Below, piece after piece: positions 53,329 to 64,000 of a stretch of 64,000 nucleotides of DNA. How positions within the stretch are numbered: the first letter of the stretch is position 1; each line of letters opens with the position of its first letter. Source of the DNA: Octopus vulgaris (taxonomy: Eukaryota); NCBI GenBank assembly GCA_951406725.2, contig OX597816.1, positions 58,528,001-58,592,000 on the forward strand, given 5' to 3'. Under the pieces are notes generated by a model. That model was given only the letters and a program-made list of their open reading frames with translations. It ran no database searches and was not told where the DNA came from. The translations under genes were made by a program, and so were the position numbers.

Positions 53329-53494
53329 CATATATATATATCCACACACACACATATATATATATATACATGCCTACTCGGAATAAAAATTCAGTATTAA
53401 ACTATTCCGGTGAAAAATATAAATTTAAAATTAAGGATAAAATCTTTATAAGAAATTATCAGTAGTTAGCGTGAAAAACCTCGTAAGAGAAAAA

Positions 53495-53652
<158 letters not shown>

Positions 53653-54099
53653 GACCGAAATGCATTGCGAAGAAGTCCACCATTTTCATAGATATGTAAA
53701 AATAAACATTCGTACATGCTGCGGCGAATTCTACGGTTGGCTGTCGGGTATGTAATGTTGTGTTTTTTCTTATATGTCTTGAGTTCGTTGCACTGAAGAG
53801 CATAGAATGCATATTCTGCATTGATTGCGAAATCACAGGTGATATGTAACTAAATTCTGTTTTTAAATGACTTGCTTTGAAGTTTTGCATTCGGTACAAT
53901 TTGTTTATTTTAGAAGTTTTGACTGCAAAAGTCCCTCCTAGCGTGCGGTACCTATGAATAATAGTACCCTCTATATAATATAAAAAAATATTTTCAAAGT
54001 GGAAAAATTTACAGATTTTTTCTCTTAGAGGTTTTTCACGCTAACTACTGATAATTTCTTATAAAGATTTTATCCTTAATTTTAAATATATATATATAT

Positions 54100-54158
<59 letters not shown>

Positions 54159-54175
54159 TATAGATAGATAGATAG

Positions 54176-54206
<31 letters not shown>

Positions 54207-54969
54207 TGTATGTATGTATGTATGTATGTATGTATGTATTTATGTATGTTTCCATGTAGATGTATAAACATACAGACACATACATAGATATGTATGTATC
54301 TATCTATTTATGTCCATCGGTTTATACTGTGCCAGTTTACTTCATTTCACTTCTGCATACTTCTGGTTTTGCTCGACGATTTTTTTATCTCTTTTTGTTT
54401 TACCATATTTTATTCCCAAATATTATTTCAATATTTCGTCTCGTTTCCGTTTTGGTCTTTCATTTTGCAGTTTTTAAAATTTACATTTGACGTCGCCGAT
54501 TCAGACCATACGCTGAATTAGAACCTTAGTTAGATTTATTTTTTGTATTTCCTAAGATATCTTCGAGATTGAATAATAGAATTTCAAATATCAAACCAGA
54601 AAATGGATAGAAATGTCGGTCTCTCAAGAAAAGAGCATTGAAATATTGATCAACTTCAAAATAGAAAAGACTCGACAAAAATTCTGAAACAGTTTACTTA
54701 ATGTAAAGACTTAATTAATTAATATATTCTTAGAGCAATTAATAATAAACACTTAGAGCAATTAAAAAAAAGCACTACCAACGGTTAATTTAAAGCAATT
54801 AATAAAAACGCTTGAGACAATCCAAAGATACGAAGTAAAACACGAGCAGTTACCCATAATTACAGGGTGTTCAGCAACTGCTACACAAAATGTATCGTTT
54901 ATACATCGCTTTACTATACAACACAATAAAACTTTTCAATCATTTTTTTTTACAATAACGAGAAAATAT

Positions 54970-55377
54970 TCTTTTATTCTTTTATTTGTTTCAGTCATTT
55001 GACTGCTGGAGTACCGCCATTAGTCGAACAAATCGACCCCAGGACTTATTCTTTGTAAGCCCGGTACTTATTCTATCGGTCTCCTTTGTCGAACCGCTAA
55101 GTCACGAGGACGCATCCTCACCAGCATCGGTTGTCATGCGATGTTGGGAGGACAAACACAAACACACAAACATATACACACATATTCACACAAACATATA
55201 CATATATATATACGATGGGCTTCTTTCAGTTTCCGTCAACCAAATCTACTCACAAGGCTTTGGTCGGCCTGAGGCTATAGTAGAAGACACTTGCCCAAGG
55301 TGCCACGCAGTGGGACTGAACCCGGAACCATGTGGCTGGTAAGCAAACTACTTACCACACAGCCACTCCTGCGCCTA
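54970..55377 (-). mobile_element. Full-length SINE family A
   Basis: Family match from head to tail. Confidence 0.9.
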
Positions 55378-55389
55378 TAATAATCGAAT

Positions 55390-55635
55390 TTTTCCACAGA
55401 ATGGCAGAAAAGAATCGCGAGACAATTCTTAAAGCCAAGCCAACCGGCAGAAAACCTAAGGGTAGACGAAGAAGGAGATGGTTGAATAACATCCATAGTC
55501 CTATTTGGTCATGCTTGGAAATCCAGCAAGAAAATATAATGGCGATTGCTTTTGAAAGGCCTCTATGGAGAAGATGGTCGAGTGTTCTACCCTACGGCTC
55601 TTCCAGGAATAATGGGTGGTGAAGAGGGATGGATA
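55390..55635 (+). mobile_element. RTE LINE 3' end remnant
   Basis: RM....ILKAKPTGRKPKGRRRRRWLNNI...A.ER.LWR; GGATGGAT tail. Confidence 0.75.
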
Positions 55636-55750
55636 GGAGTTTTATACCAATCCAATTGCAAAACAAAACAGCATCAATAAATAAAAAAAAACTACTGAAA
55701 AATAACTGAAAAAGTTGAACAACATCCCCCGTTCTTTAAAACAGTTATTA

Positions 55751-56977
55751 TAAGAGGAAGTGAAAAATTAGTCGCACTTTCGCCAAAATTTTCTTTAGGT
55801 TCTTCGAACTACCTTCAGCGCTCGCATGCAGAGAGGCGGTACTCCTGTGGTTATGTAACCGAAGTTTGAGCTGGATCACTCCGGTTTTCTTATTTGTGTT
55901 ACAGAGTAAACATGGCCGCTTTACTGGCAGTGTGCATCAAGGAAGAACAAAGATCAGTGATCCGATCTCTCTGGTCTGAAGGTGTGTCAGGGCTGAAATT
56001 CATTGCAGTCTTTCAATACAATACGGTGACAGCGTTCTGTCGCGTAGAAGTGTGTATGAGTGGATCGAGAAGTTTTTTAATGGCCAGAGAAGCGTGAAGT
56101 ACGAAGAGGGAGCAGGACGCCTTTAACATCCACCACTGACGTGAAGATTCAACAAGCTCGAGAGATAATTATGGCAAACCGACGAGTGGCCATCGGTGAG
56201 CTGGCATGTTCACTACAAATTAGATATGGTTCTACATATGAAATCATCCAGAACAAGCCTTGCTTCTGAAGAATCTGTGCGAGATGTGTGCCAAGAGAGC
56301 TTACACATAAGCGCAATTGTGTGGAGATCTGTTAACGCTTACTCGACCGCTACAACGATAAAGGCGAAGCTATTTTGGAGAGAATAGTCACAAGTGATGA
56401 GATCTGGATTCATCACTTTGAGTGAGAATCCTAAAGGTAGAGAACGGTGCGGAAATGCCTGGAGTTGTCAGTAGAAAAGAAATTCAAGACTCAACTTTCC
56501 ACAGAAACAGTGATGCTGACTGTTTTGGACGCAAAAGGGGCTATACTGGAACATTACCAAGAAAAGAGGTCTACAATCACCAGTGTAAGCTACAGTGAAA
56601 TGCTGGCCAACAAACTCAAACAAAGAATTTGCGCCGAATGCTGGGGTCTATTGTCAAATCAAGTCCCACTGTTGCAGAACAATGCACACCCACATACAGC
56701 CGTCCACATCGTTGAAACCATTGAAAAATTGGGTTTTGAATTGCTGGAGCACCATGCATACAGTCCAAATCTCGCCCATCCGACTATCCTCTATTTGGAT
56801 TGCTCAAACATCCTTTACGAGGCCGTCGATTGGCTACAGACGAAGAAGCGCGGGAATAAGCAAGCTTGTGGACAGCTGTAAGAAGTGCATCAAAAAGCAA
56901 GGAGACTGTCGAGAAATGGTGTAACTGTCCGACCTCTGCTTACAGAAACAAGAATGTGCATAATTTTCGAGTGTGTA
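55751..56977 (+). mobile_element. Decayed near full-length mariner transposon
   Basis: MAALLAVCIKEEQRSVIR, IVTSDEIWIHH, QNNAHPH and HHAYSPNLA; degenerate TIRs; many frameshifts. Confidence 0.9.
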
Positions 56978-58044
56978 TAATTATCCTCGGAAATGCTGAT
57001 AAAAGAGAAACTTTTATATAATGGAAGCGAAATGATTTCTGGATTCCCACAATCTAAAGATCAAATCACGTTATTATTTCGGTGAAGTAAGGCGTTGAGC
57101 TGGTAGAATCGCGTGAGCGTCAGACAATACGCGTAGTGGCACTTCTTTACGTTCTGAGTTCAAACCCTGCCTCGAGAAAACGAGGGCTTGACTAAACTGT
57201 TCTCGTTGCTTGCAAAACATGCAACGAAGACATGATGAGTGGGTGATATCTAGTTACTCTGGTAAATTGGAATGTTTGTTACTGAAATGAAAATGATTTA
57301 AACACAAACATTTAAAATAATTATTTTTCTTTTTAATTAAATTATAGTTTAAAATGTTTTAATCACCTCATGTAAAATCTATTTCTTTAATTAGTCCCAT
57401 ACGTTTAGCAAAGAAATTTACAAAACTTTAATCAAGTACAGAATAAATTAACTTTGATGGTTGTATTGGGAATAGTAATTACATGAAAATATTGTTGGGT
57501 TTGAGTAAGCAAACACCATTTTAATGAGAAAACCAACGATTTCTAATCACAATACTTACTTGTAGTTTTTTCTAAAACTTGAATCGCATCAAAGACTTCA
57601 CATCTTTAACAACTAATTTCTATAAGTTTTAAATTAGGCATGAAACATGTTTTTTGCAAGACTGAAATAAAAATAGTTCCAAACAATGTTACTTTTGGAT
57701 CTCATGGGAAGAAAAACTACATTAATACAGCGATATACATGGCCATTGACCTAAAATATATTTTCACCGGGGCCGGAACTGATAGATGTGAGGGCGGGGT
57801 TGAAAAATATTGTATTAACAAGTGAAAAAAGGGTACCATTGGAGAATCAAAAATATCACGAAAATTAAGTCTTTTTATTAATTAATTACTGTACATGGAA
57901 ATGTATTCCTATTGACGTCATTGATGATAATTTTTAAAAATAATTGAGTAAAATGCAGTTTTTGAGTTCCAGACTTGAAAATGACAGGAAAGTCACAGAT
58001 TTGTACATTTTTTTTTCAACGCTAAAAACAACACCAATCATAAA

Positions 58045-58357
58045 TATTGGTTTCAAATTTTAGCACAAGGCCAGTATTTTCGGAGAAGGGGTACTTATTT
58101 TATTGACCCCGAAAAGATGAAGGACAAAGTTGATTTTTGAAGAATTTGAACTCAGAACGTAAAGACGGTAGAGACACCGCCAAGCATTCTGCCCGACGTG
58201 CAGACGATTCTTCTAACTCGTCGCCTTACAACAATGAGAAACATTCGTTCCAAATTTTGGCACAAGGCAAGCAATTTGTGGGGAGGGGAGGCCGAGTCAA
58301 TTACATCATCCCCAGTGTTCAACAGGTACTTCCTTTATCGACCCCGGAAAGATGAAC
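58045..58357 (-). mobile_element. Two SINE family B fragments
   Basis: Family reverse complement. Confidence 0.8.
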
Positions 58358-58371
58358 GGTATATATATATA

Positions 58372-58617
58372 TTCTTTTACCTGTTTCAGTCATTTGATTG
58401 CGGCCATGCTGGAGCACCGGCTTTAGTCGAAGAAATCGACCCCAGGAATTATTCTTTGTAAGCCGAGTACTAATTCTATCGATGTCTTTTGCCCAACAAC
58501 TAGGTTACCGGGACGTAAACACACAACATCGGTTGTCAAGCGATGGTAGGGGGACAAGCACAAACACAAATACATACATACATACATACATACATACATA
58601 CATACATACATACATGC

Positions 58618-58693
<76 letters not shown>

Positions 58694-58970
58694 ATAAGGA
58701 CTTTGGGTTAATTGAAATATGTCACCAATATAAATGAATTAATCTAAAGTTTGCTCATGCCTGAACACTGCTTGGCGTTGATATTACTGTATATGTGTAT
58801 GTATATACAACGGGCTTCGTTCAGTTTCCATCCACCAAATCTATTCACAAGACTTTGGCCAGCCCAATGCCATAGTAGAAGACACTTGGTCAAGGTGCCT
58901 TGCTGTGGGACTGAAACTGGAACCATATGGCTGGGAAGCAAACCTCCTAACACACAACCACGCCAGCGCC
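58372..58970 (-). mobile_element. SINE family A with expanded internal microsatellite
   Basis: 3' half at 58372-58570 and 5' half at 58808-58970. Confidence 0.8.
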
Positions 58971-59074
58971 TGTCACGATATTTTGTTAATGATATTGCTC
59001 TACGTTGGACACTAAAGGAACAGCCTACAGTTACAAATCCTTGTAACATTTACAGAAGTACATTGTAGTGTCAC

Positions 59075-59230
59075 GTGGTACCCCTTTACCTGGTAGGTAA
59101 ACTAGATCGTCCGGTGGTACCCCTTTAACTGATTCGTATGCTAGAATCATTGAGTTGTACCTCTTTAACTGTCAGGTAAACAAGATCATTAAATGGTACC
59201 CTTTTAACTGTCCGGTAATATTAGATCATT
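59075..59230. repeat. Degenerate 39-40 bp tandem repeat x4
   Basis: GGTACCCCTTTAACTG....GTAAA..AGATCAT starting near 59075, 59114, 59154 and 59193. Confidence 0.8.
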
Positions 59231-59976
59231 CCTTAATCATGGAACACAATATGAGATCAAAGTCGAAACACAGACCACCTCTCATTCAACCAGAAGTCAG
59301 CATTTACTCGGATGCTTCATTAATTCTATAATGGAATTCTTCTTTGTTTAAACAATATTTTTAAACCATATTCCATAAAGATATGAATGATTTTTTAATT
59401 AATCAGAAAATCTGAATCAACAACAATTGCCTTGCCTGAAGCCATTCCGTTATACGCATCATCCATTTTAGATGAATTCTCCACTGGGTTTTTGATGTTT
59501 AAAAATTTTTTTAGCTCATTATTATTTTTGATTTTCTTAATAAATTTCCTTCCTTCCGCCCTCATTCCTATAAATTCTATTTTTTCCTTTTTCTTCTTAT
59601 TCCATCCTCCTCCTCCTCCTTTATTTTTATTCATAAACTTCTTTTATTTAGCTTCTCACCCCTTCTCTATCTTCTTACTTCCCCAATTTTCCATTCTCTC
59701 TCCATTTATTCTCTTTAAGTTTTCACCTTCCATACACCTTTCTAATTCTTCTTCCTCTTTTCAGTGTTTTTTTTTTTAAAAATATATTTCTTAAAGGAAA
59801 GGAAGTAAGTCTCAATTCAATGCATCCCACTGCGTATCTATTTATGAAAAATACTGGTTCGTGGTTTCATGTTAATGCGTTCGATTCCTGCCTATGTTGC
59901 TTTGAAGCATTTTTCTCCAAAGAAGACATAAAATGCAAAACACGTAAGCATTACATGAATTCCAGTGCAATAAATG

Positions 59977-60130
59977 TAGGCATGTGGAGACGCGTAGCCT
60001 AGTGGTTAATGTGTTCGGCTCAATGTCATAATAACATGGGTTCAATTCCAGGAGTAGGCGGTACGTTCTGTTCTTCTGTAAGGCACTTTATTTCACATTG
60101 CTTCGGTCTACTGAGCAGTAAATGAGTAAC
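59977..60130 (+). mobile_element. Degenerate SINE family C head
   Basis: GCGTAGCCTAGTGGTTA...GGGTTCAATTCC...CACTTTATTTCAC. Confidence 0.7.
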
Positions 60131-60354
60131 AGCTCAGCGCTAGTAGCGCCCTCTCTCGGTCAAGCTGTCTCATTCTTGTCATACTTCCCAAGTGAAGTAT
60201 AACCAGGCAATACGTACTTTACTTTGGCCCCAACAGCCCGGAATACACCTGACTGTATAGATCTAGTGAAATAAAATTGTGCCATTGAGTAAACCATTGG
60301 TCTTTATTAAAAGTACAATATTTGCTGAACGAAGATGTAGCTTGCTATCTTTTG

Positions 60355-60561
60355 TTTTTTTTTCTTTTCACTAATTAGACCGAAGCCAAGCTGGGGCACC
60401 ACCTTGGAGAATTTTTAGTCGAATGAATACACCCCAGTACTTATTTAAAAAAAAAATTAAACCTGGTTCTTATTTTATCCATCATTTTGCCGAGTCGCTA
60501 AGTTACGGGAACATAAACACACCGACACCGGTTGTCAAAGGGTGTTAGGGGACAAACACAG

Positions 60562-60596
<35 letters not shown>

Positions 60597-60748
60597 ATCT
60601 TTCGGTTTCCGTCTACCAAATTCACTCAAAAAGCCTTGGTCGGACCGAGGCTTTGGCAGGAGACACTTGCCCACGGTGCCACGCACTGGGACTGAAACCC
60701 AGAACCATGTGGTTGAGAAGCAAGCTTCTTACCATACACCCACGCCTG
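60355..60748 (-). mobile_element. SINE family A
   Basis: Family match. Confidence 0.85.
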
Positions 60749-61849
60749 AACCTATCATGAAGACCTTAGTTAAGTGATGTCCATAATTGAGGGAATATAA
60801 TGCGATAACGTTTTCCTTATAGAGGAGCTGTCTTTTCTACCGCGACTACATCGGCGTCTGCTCAGAGTTTGCTGGGATTGTGTTACCTCTACTCAAGCAT
60901 TTCCAAACCCACTCGTTGCTTTTTCTTTCATCATCTTGTAGTGTCCAACTTGCCAGAGACCGCACTAATCACTACATTCAGTTCTTCTTTATCTTTCTGC
61001 TTAGTTCTCTCTCATACATGTTGACTTTAAAAAAATTCAAGAGGAACATCAATGGCAACAATCTCACCGGTCTTGGAGGACCTACAAAAGCTGTGAGCGC
61101 GTAAAAGAACGTAAAAGAAAACGTAGACTCCTCAGAAAAAGTATCATTTGTGAGGGTCAATCAAGAGATCCATGATCTCCCTCTCGCAGCCATAAGCGGA
61201 TATGACAGTAAGAAGGAAGTAGAAGTGAGAGGGAGGGGAAGGAGAGAGACAAAGAGAGCGAGTGAGAGACAGAGAGTGACCCATAGAAACAACAATAGCA
61301 AGAAGCGAACTGCAAGGAAGCTCCTCCCTCTCACCACTTCATCTCTTTGTCAAGATGAAACCCAGATGCAAGCCGAGCGGGATCGACAGACTTTTTTGAA
61401 AACCGAAAAGGGCCCTAATTTTTTAAAAAGAACAAAACGTGTGAGAAAATACATCTATGGAAAAGAGATTCTCTTCGGTGACGAGGAATTCATTTCTTAA
61501 ATCTGTGAGTTTATGAGTACGAATCATTTCCCTGTAGAGGGACACTCCATCCCTGTGAGGAACAACTCGTCTTCTTTTCGAATGAGTTGAACTTTGCAAT
61601 CCTTCGAAGCACTTCCTGCTTGGCTTTTTTTTTTTAATAATTAGAACAAAGGCCAAAAGCGAGACGATATAAAACGCACGATCTCTGGCCGAACACAGTA
61701 CTAACTAAAAATGAAACAGGATCACATTGATCAAAAGACAAGAAAGAGTGGTTATTAATGAAGGGCATCGGATATGATTACCTTACGTTACAGGTTAACA
61801 ACCACAAGAGGTGCATTACCCCAATTTTCTTGCACATAAAATCCTCACG

Positions 61850-62200
61850 AATGATTCTGGGCTCACCAATTTTAAACAACAAAGAGGTTCTATTGACAGG
61901 GGACATAATCTGTGGCGTTCTCCAATCAAAGCATTCATTTTGTTTTTGGTTATTTTGAATTTTTTAGGTAATTTTAAAATTATCCTATTTAATTACTTAC
62001 AAACAAACGTAAGAAAAATTCAAATATATTTGAAAGGTATTTGAACTTGCAAAGGCTTTTCACTGCAGTTTGTCCTGGAGAAAAAGGTATTAAAACACCA
62101 TAATCAGCTGATGGGTACATTTCGAACTCATAAGCTCTTTTCAGCATCAGATACCAAGAAAGGCAATTCTGAACTGATTAGGAAGTGAACCTTCCTTTGT
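61850..62200 (+). mobile_element. Heavily decayed Ty3/Gypsy RT remnant
   Basis: Ordered fragments W(A)SPIL, GDI-ICG, ELAKAFH and GTFRTHKL-F across frameshifts. Confidence 0.5.
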
Positions 62201-62325
62201 AAGAAATCAGCAAATATTATTTATCGATAGTACACCTTAGTCGCCAGGCCGGAACAAAATCGTGAGTAGAAGCACGTAACTGTGACGCAGAGTAAGCAGA
62301 TCTACATAAAAAATTGTTTGTATAG

Positions 62326-62389
<64 letters not shown>

Positions 62390-62935
62390 ATACATGTCTC
62401 TAAATATAATTGTACACTGTCTTTCACTCATCCCTTCAGATTCGTTGTCTTACTTGCTTTTCCCACCCATACATCATTGTAATACTCCGCTCTTTACCGT
62501 TTCATTGTATTGTGTTGTTATTAGCCCCATTGTGTTAATCACATTGTATTGTTATTAGCCACAAAGACTCGGCTTGTGTCCTTGTGGCCAATAAAAGAAC
62601 AATTGTCGTTGTTGTTGTTGTTCTACTTCTCACAGCAGCTCGGTCTTGTTTGCTCTGGTTGATTCTGTGAGAGCGGACAGCAGTTTGTTGTGAGAGGTCT
62701 CACGCGGTCTCTATTATTATTATTTGGTGAGAGAGCAATGCATGCTATCAAAGTGACACTGGGGTACAAAAATATACGAAGACCAATATACCCATCATGA
62801 CTATCCGTCTGATAAGGGTACTCCTAGCACATGCATGGAGCATCCTTATGTGCAACCATATGTGCGCGACATGGCGACCTTATTTCACGATAATCAGCGC
62901 ATGACCTTGCATGTGGGGTCTAGTTAGAACTTTCT

Positions 62936-63167
62936 AAGGCGGCGAGCTGGCAGAAACGTTAGCGCGCCGGGCGAAATGCTTAGCGATATTTCGTCTGCCG
63001 TTACGTTGTGAGTTCAAATTCTGCCGAGGTCGACTTTGCCTTTCATCCATTCGAGGTCGATAAATTAAGTACCAGTTTCGCACTGGGATCGATGTAATCG
63101 ACTTAATCCCTTTGTTTGTCCTTGTTTGTCCTCTCTATGTTTAGCCCCTTGTGGGCAGTAAAGAAAT
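62936..63167 (+). mobile_element. SINE family B with 78-bp flanking direct repeat
   Basis: 62858-62935 vs 63168-63245, 5 mismatches. Confidence 0.92.
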
Positions 63168-63607
63168 ATATGTGCGCGACATGGTGACCTTATATCACAA
63201 TAAACAGCGCATGACCTTGCATATGGGGTCTAGTTAGAACTTTCTTCAGGTTGAGTAGTCCATCCCGTTCAAAAGGTCCCTAAGTGAGGGTTGTTTAAGG
63301 ATGATGACAAAAAAAAACTATGTTTCCAGGGAGGAATTATTCAGCTCATCCCCAATTCCTCTCAACACATGGCCATGATGCTCGCCCACTACTTATGCTC
63401 GTGATCAGAGATGCACATATCGTCAGACACGAAGGGAAATGCTCAACTGATTAAGCTCAAACAACTGACAAGCAAATTTGTGGTAATGAGCAGAATACTT
63501 GCTGTAGCCCATCTTTTTGCACCAAGACAAAACATGTACATGATAACACTTCCAATCAGTTAAGATCAGAAGTCATGAGAGCCACTGCCTGGTCCTGCAT
63601 CGGGACA

Positions 63608-63971
63608 TTATTACCTCCGTCTTAGCGTAGGTGGAGGTATTGTTTTCAGTCGTGTTTGTTTGATCGTGGACAAGATATCTCAAGAACCGCTGGACGGATT
63701 CGGATGAAACTTTCAGGGATATTTGGCATTGTAACTGGCACAAATTGATTAGATTTTGGGATCGATCCGGTTCCGGACAAGGATTCTGGATTATGTTTCC
63801 TGTGTTTTTACGTAATTTTTGAGATCAGTTGGGTTCATTTTTAGTATTCTCGTTTGTGAGAGCATTCGAGTTTATTTCAGATATTCTCATTTTAAAAGTC
63901 ATCTCCGGCTAATCGTTGAGAGGATGTTGGTGTTGCCTTTGCAGAGGTTTGCGCTCTCTGAGTGCTCTTGT
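63608..63971 (+). mobile_element. Helentron-associated non-autonomous element (HINE/DINE-like)
   Basis: 5' TTATTACCTCCG..TGGAGGTA inverted repeat, (GTTT)n core, subterminal GCAGAGGT and 3' hairpin GCGCTC tct GAGTGC. Confidence 0.75.
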
Positions 63972-64000
63972 TGTTGTTGTTGTTGGCATTATTATTATTA

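Noticed and set aside
59075-59230. CRISPR-like repeat-spacer pattern
   Set aside because: The variable parts are homologous to each other, as in a decayed tandem repeat.

Overview
AT-rich, microsatellite-dense animal DNA. The SINE repertoire and (TA)n/(TAA)n/(CA)n load strongly suggest an octopus genome (inference). Almost all ORFs in the supplied track are microsatellite or antisense artefacts. Supported content: (i) five small, phase-compatible exons (4800-23315, + strand) of an unidentified host gene, ending in a stop; (ii) a rearranged Naiad-type Penelope-like element (PLE) and about 15 PLE-type hammerhead ribozyme motifs; (iii) a cluster of R4/Dong RLE-LINEs inside (TAA)n arrays; (iv) two young CR1-group LINE copies plus RTE, L1/Tx1, Gypsy, mariner, Tigger-like MITE and HINE remnants; (v) dozens of copies of three tRNA-derived SINE families, two with 60-78 bp flanking duplications; (vi) many fold-back palindromes. 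The most interesting signal is a pair of sequence-divergent elements, a 359-bp tandem unit at 1205-2013 and a single copy at 51985-52263. They share the same multi-domain RNA secondary structure, with covarying stems and conserved loop motifs, one resembling the picornavirus type II IRES J-domain. This is a candidate undescribed structured-RNA or IRES-like module. All alignments and folds were done by eye.
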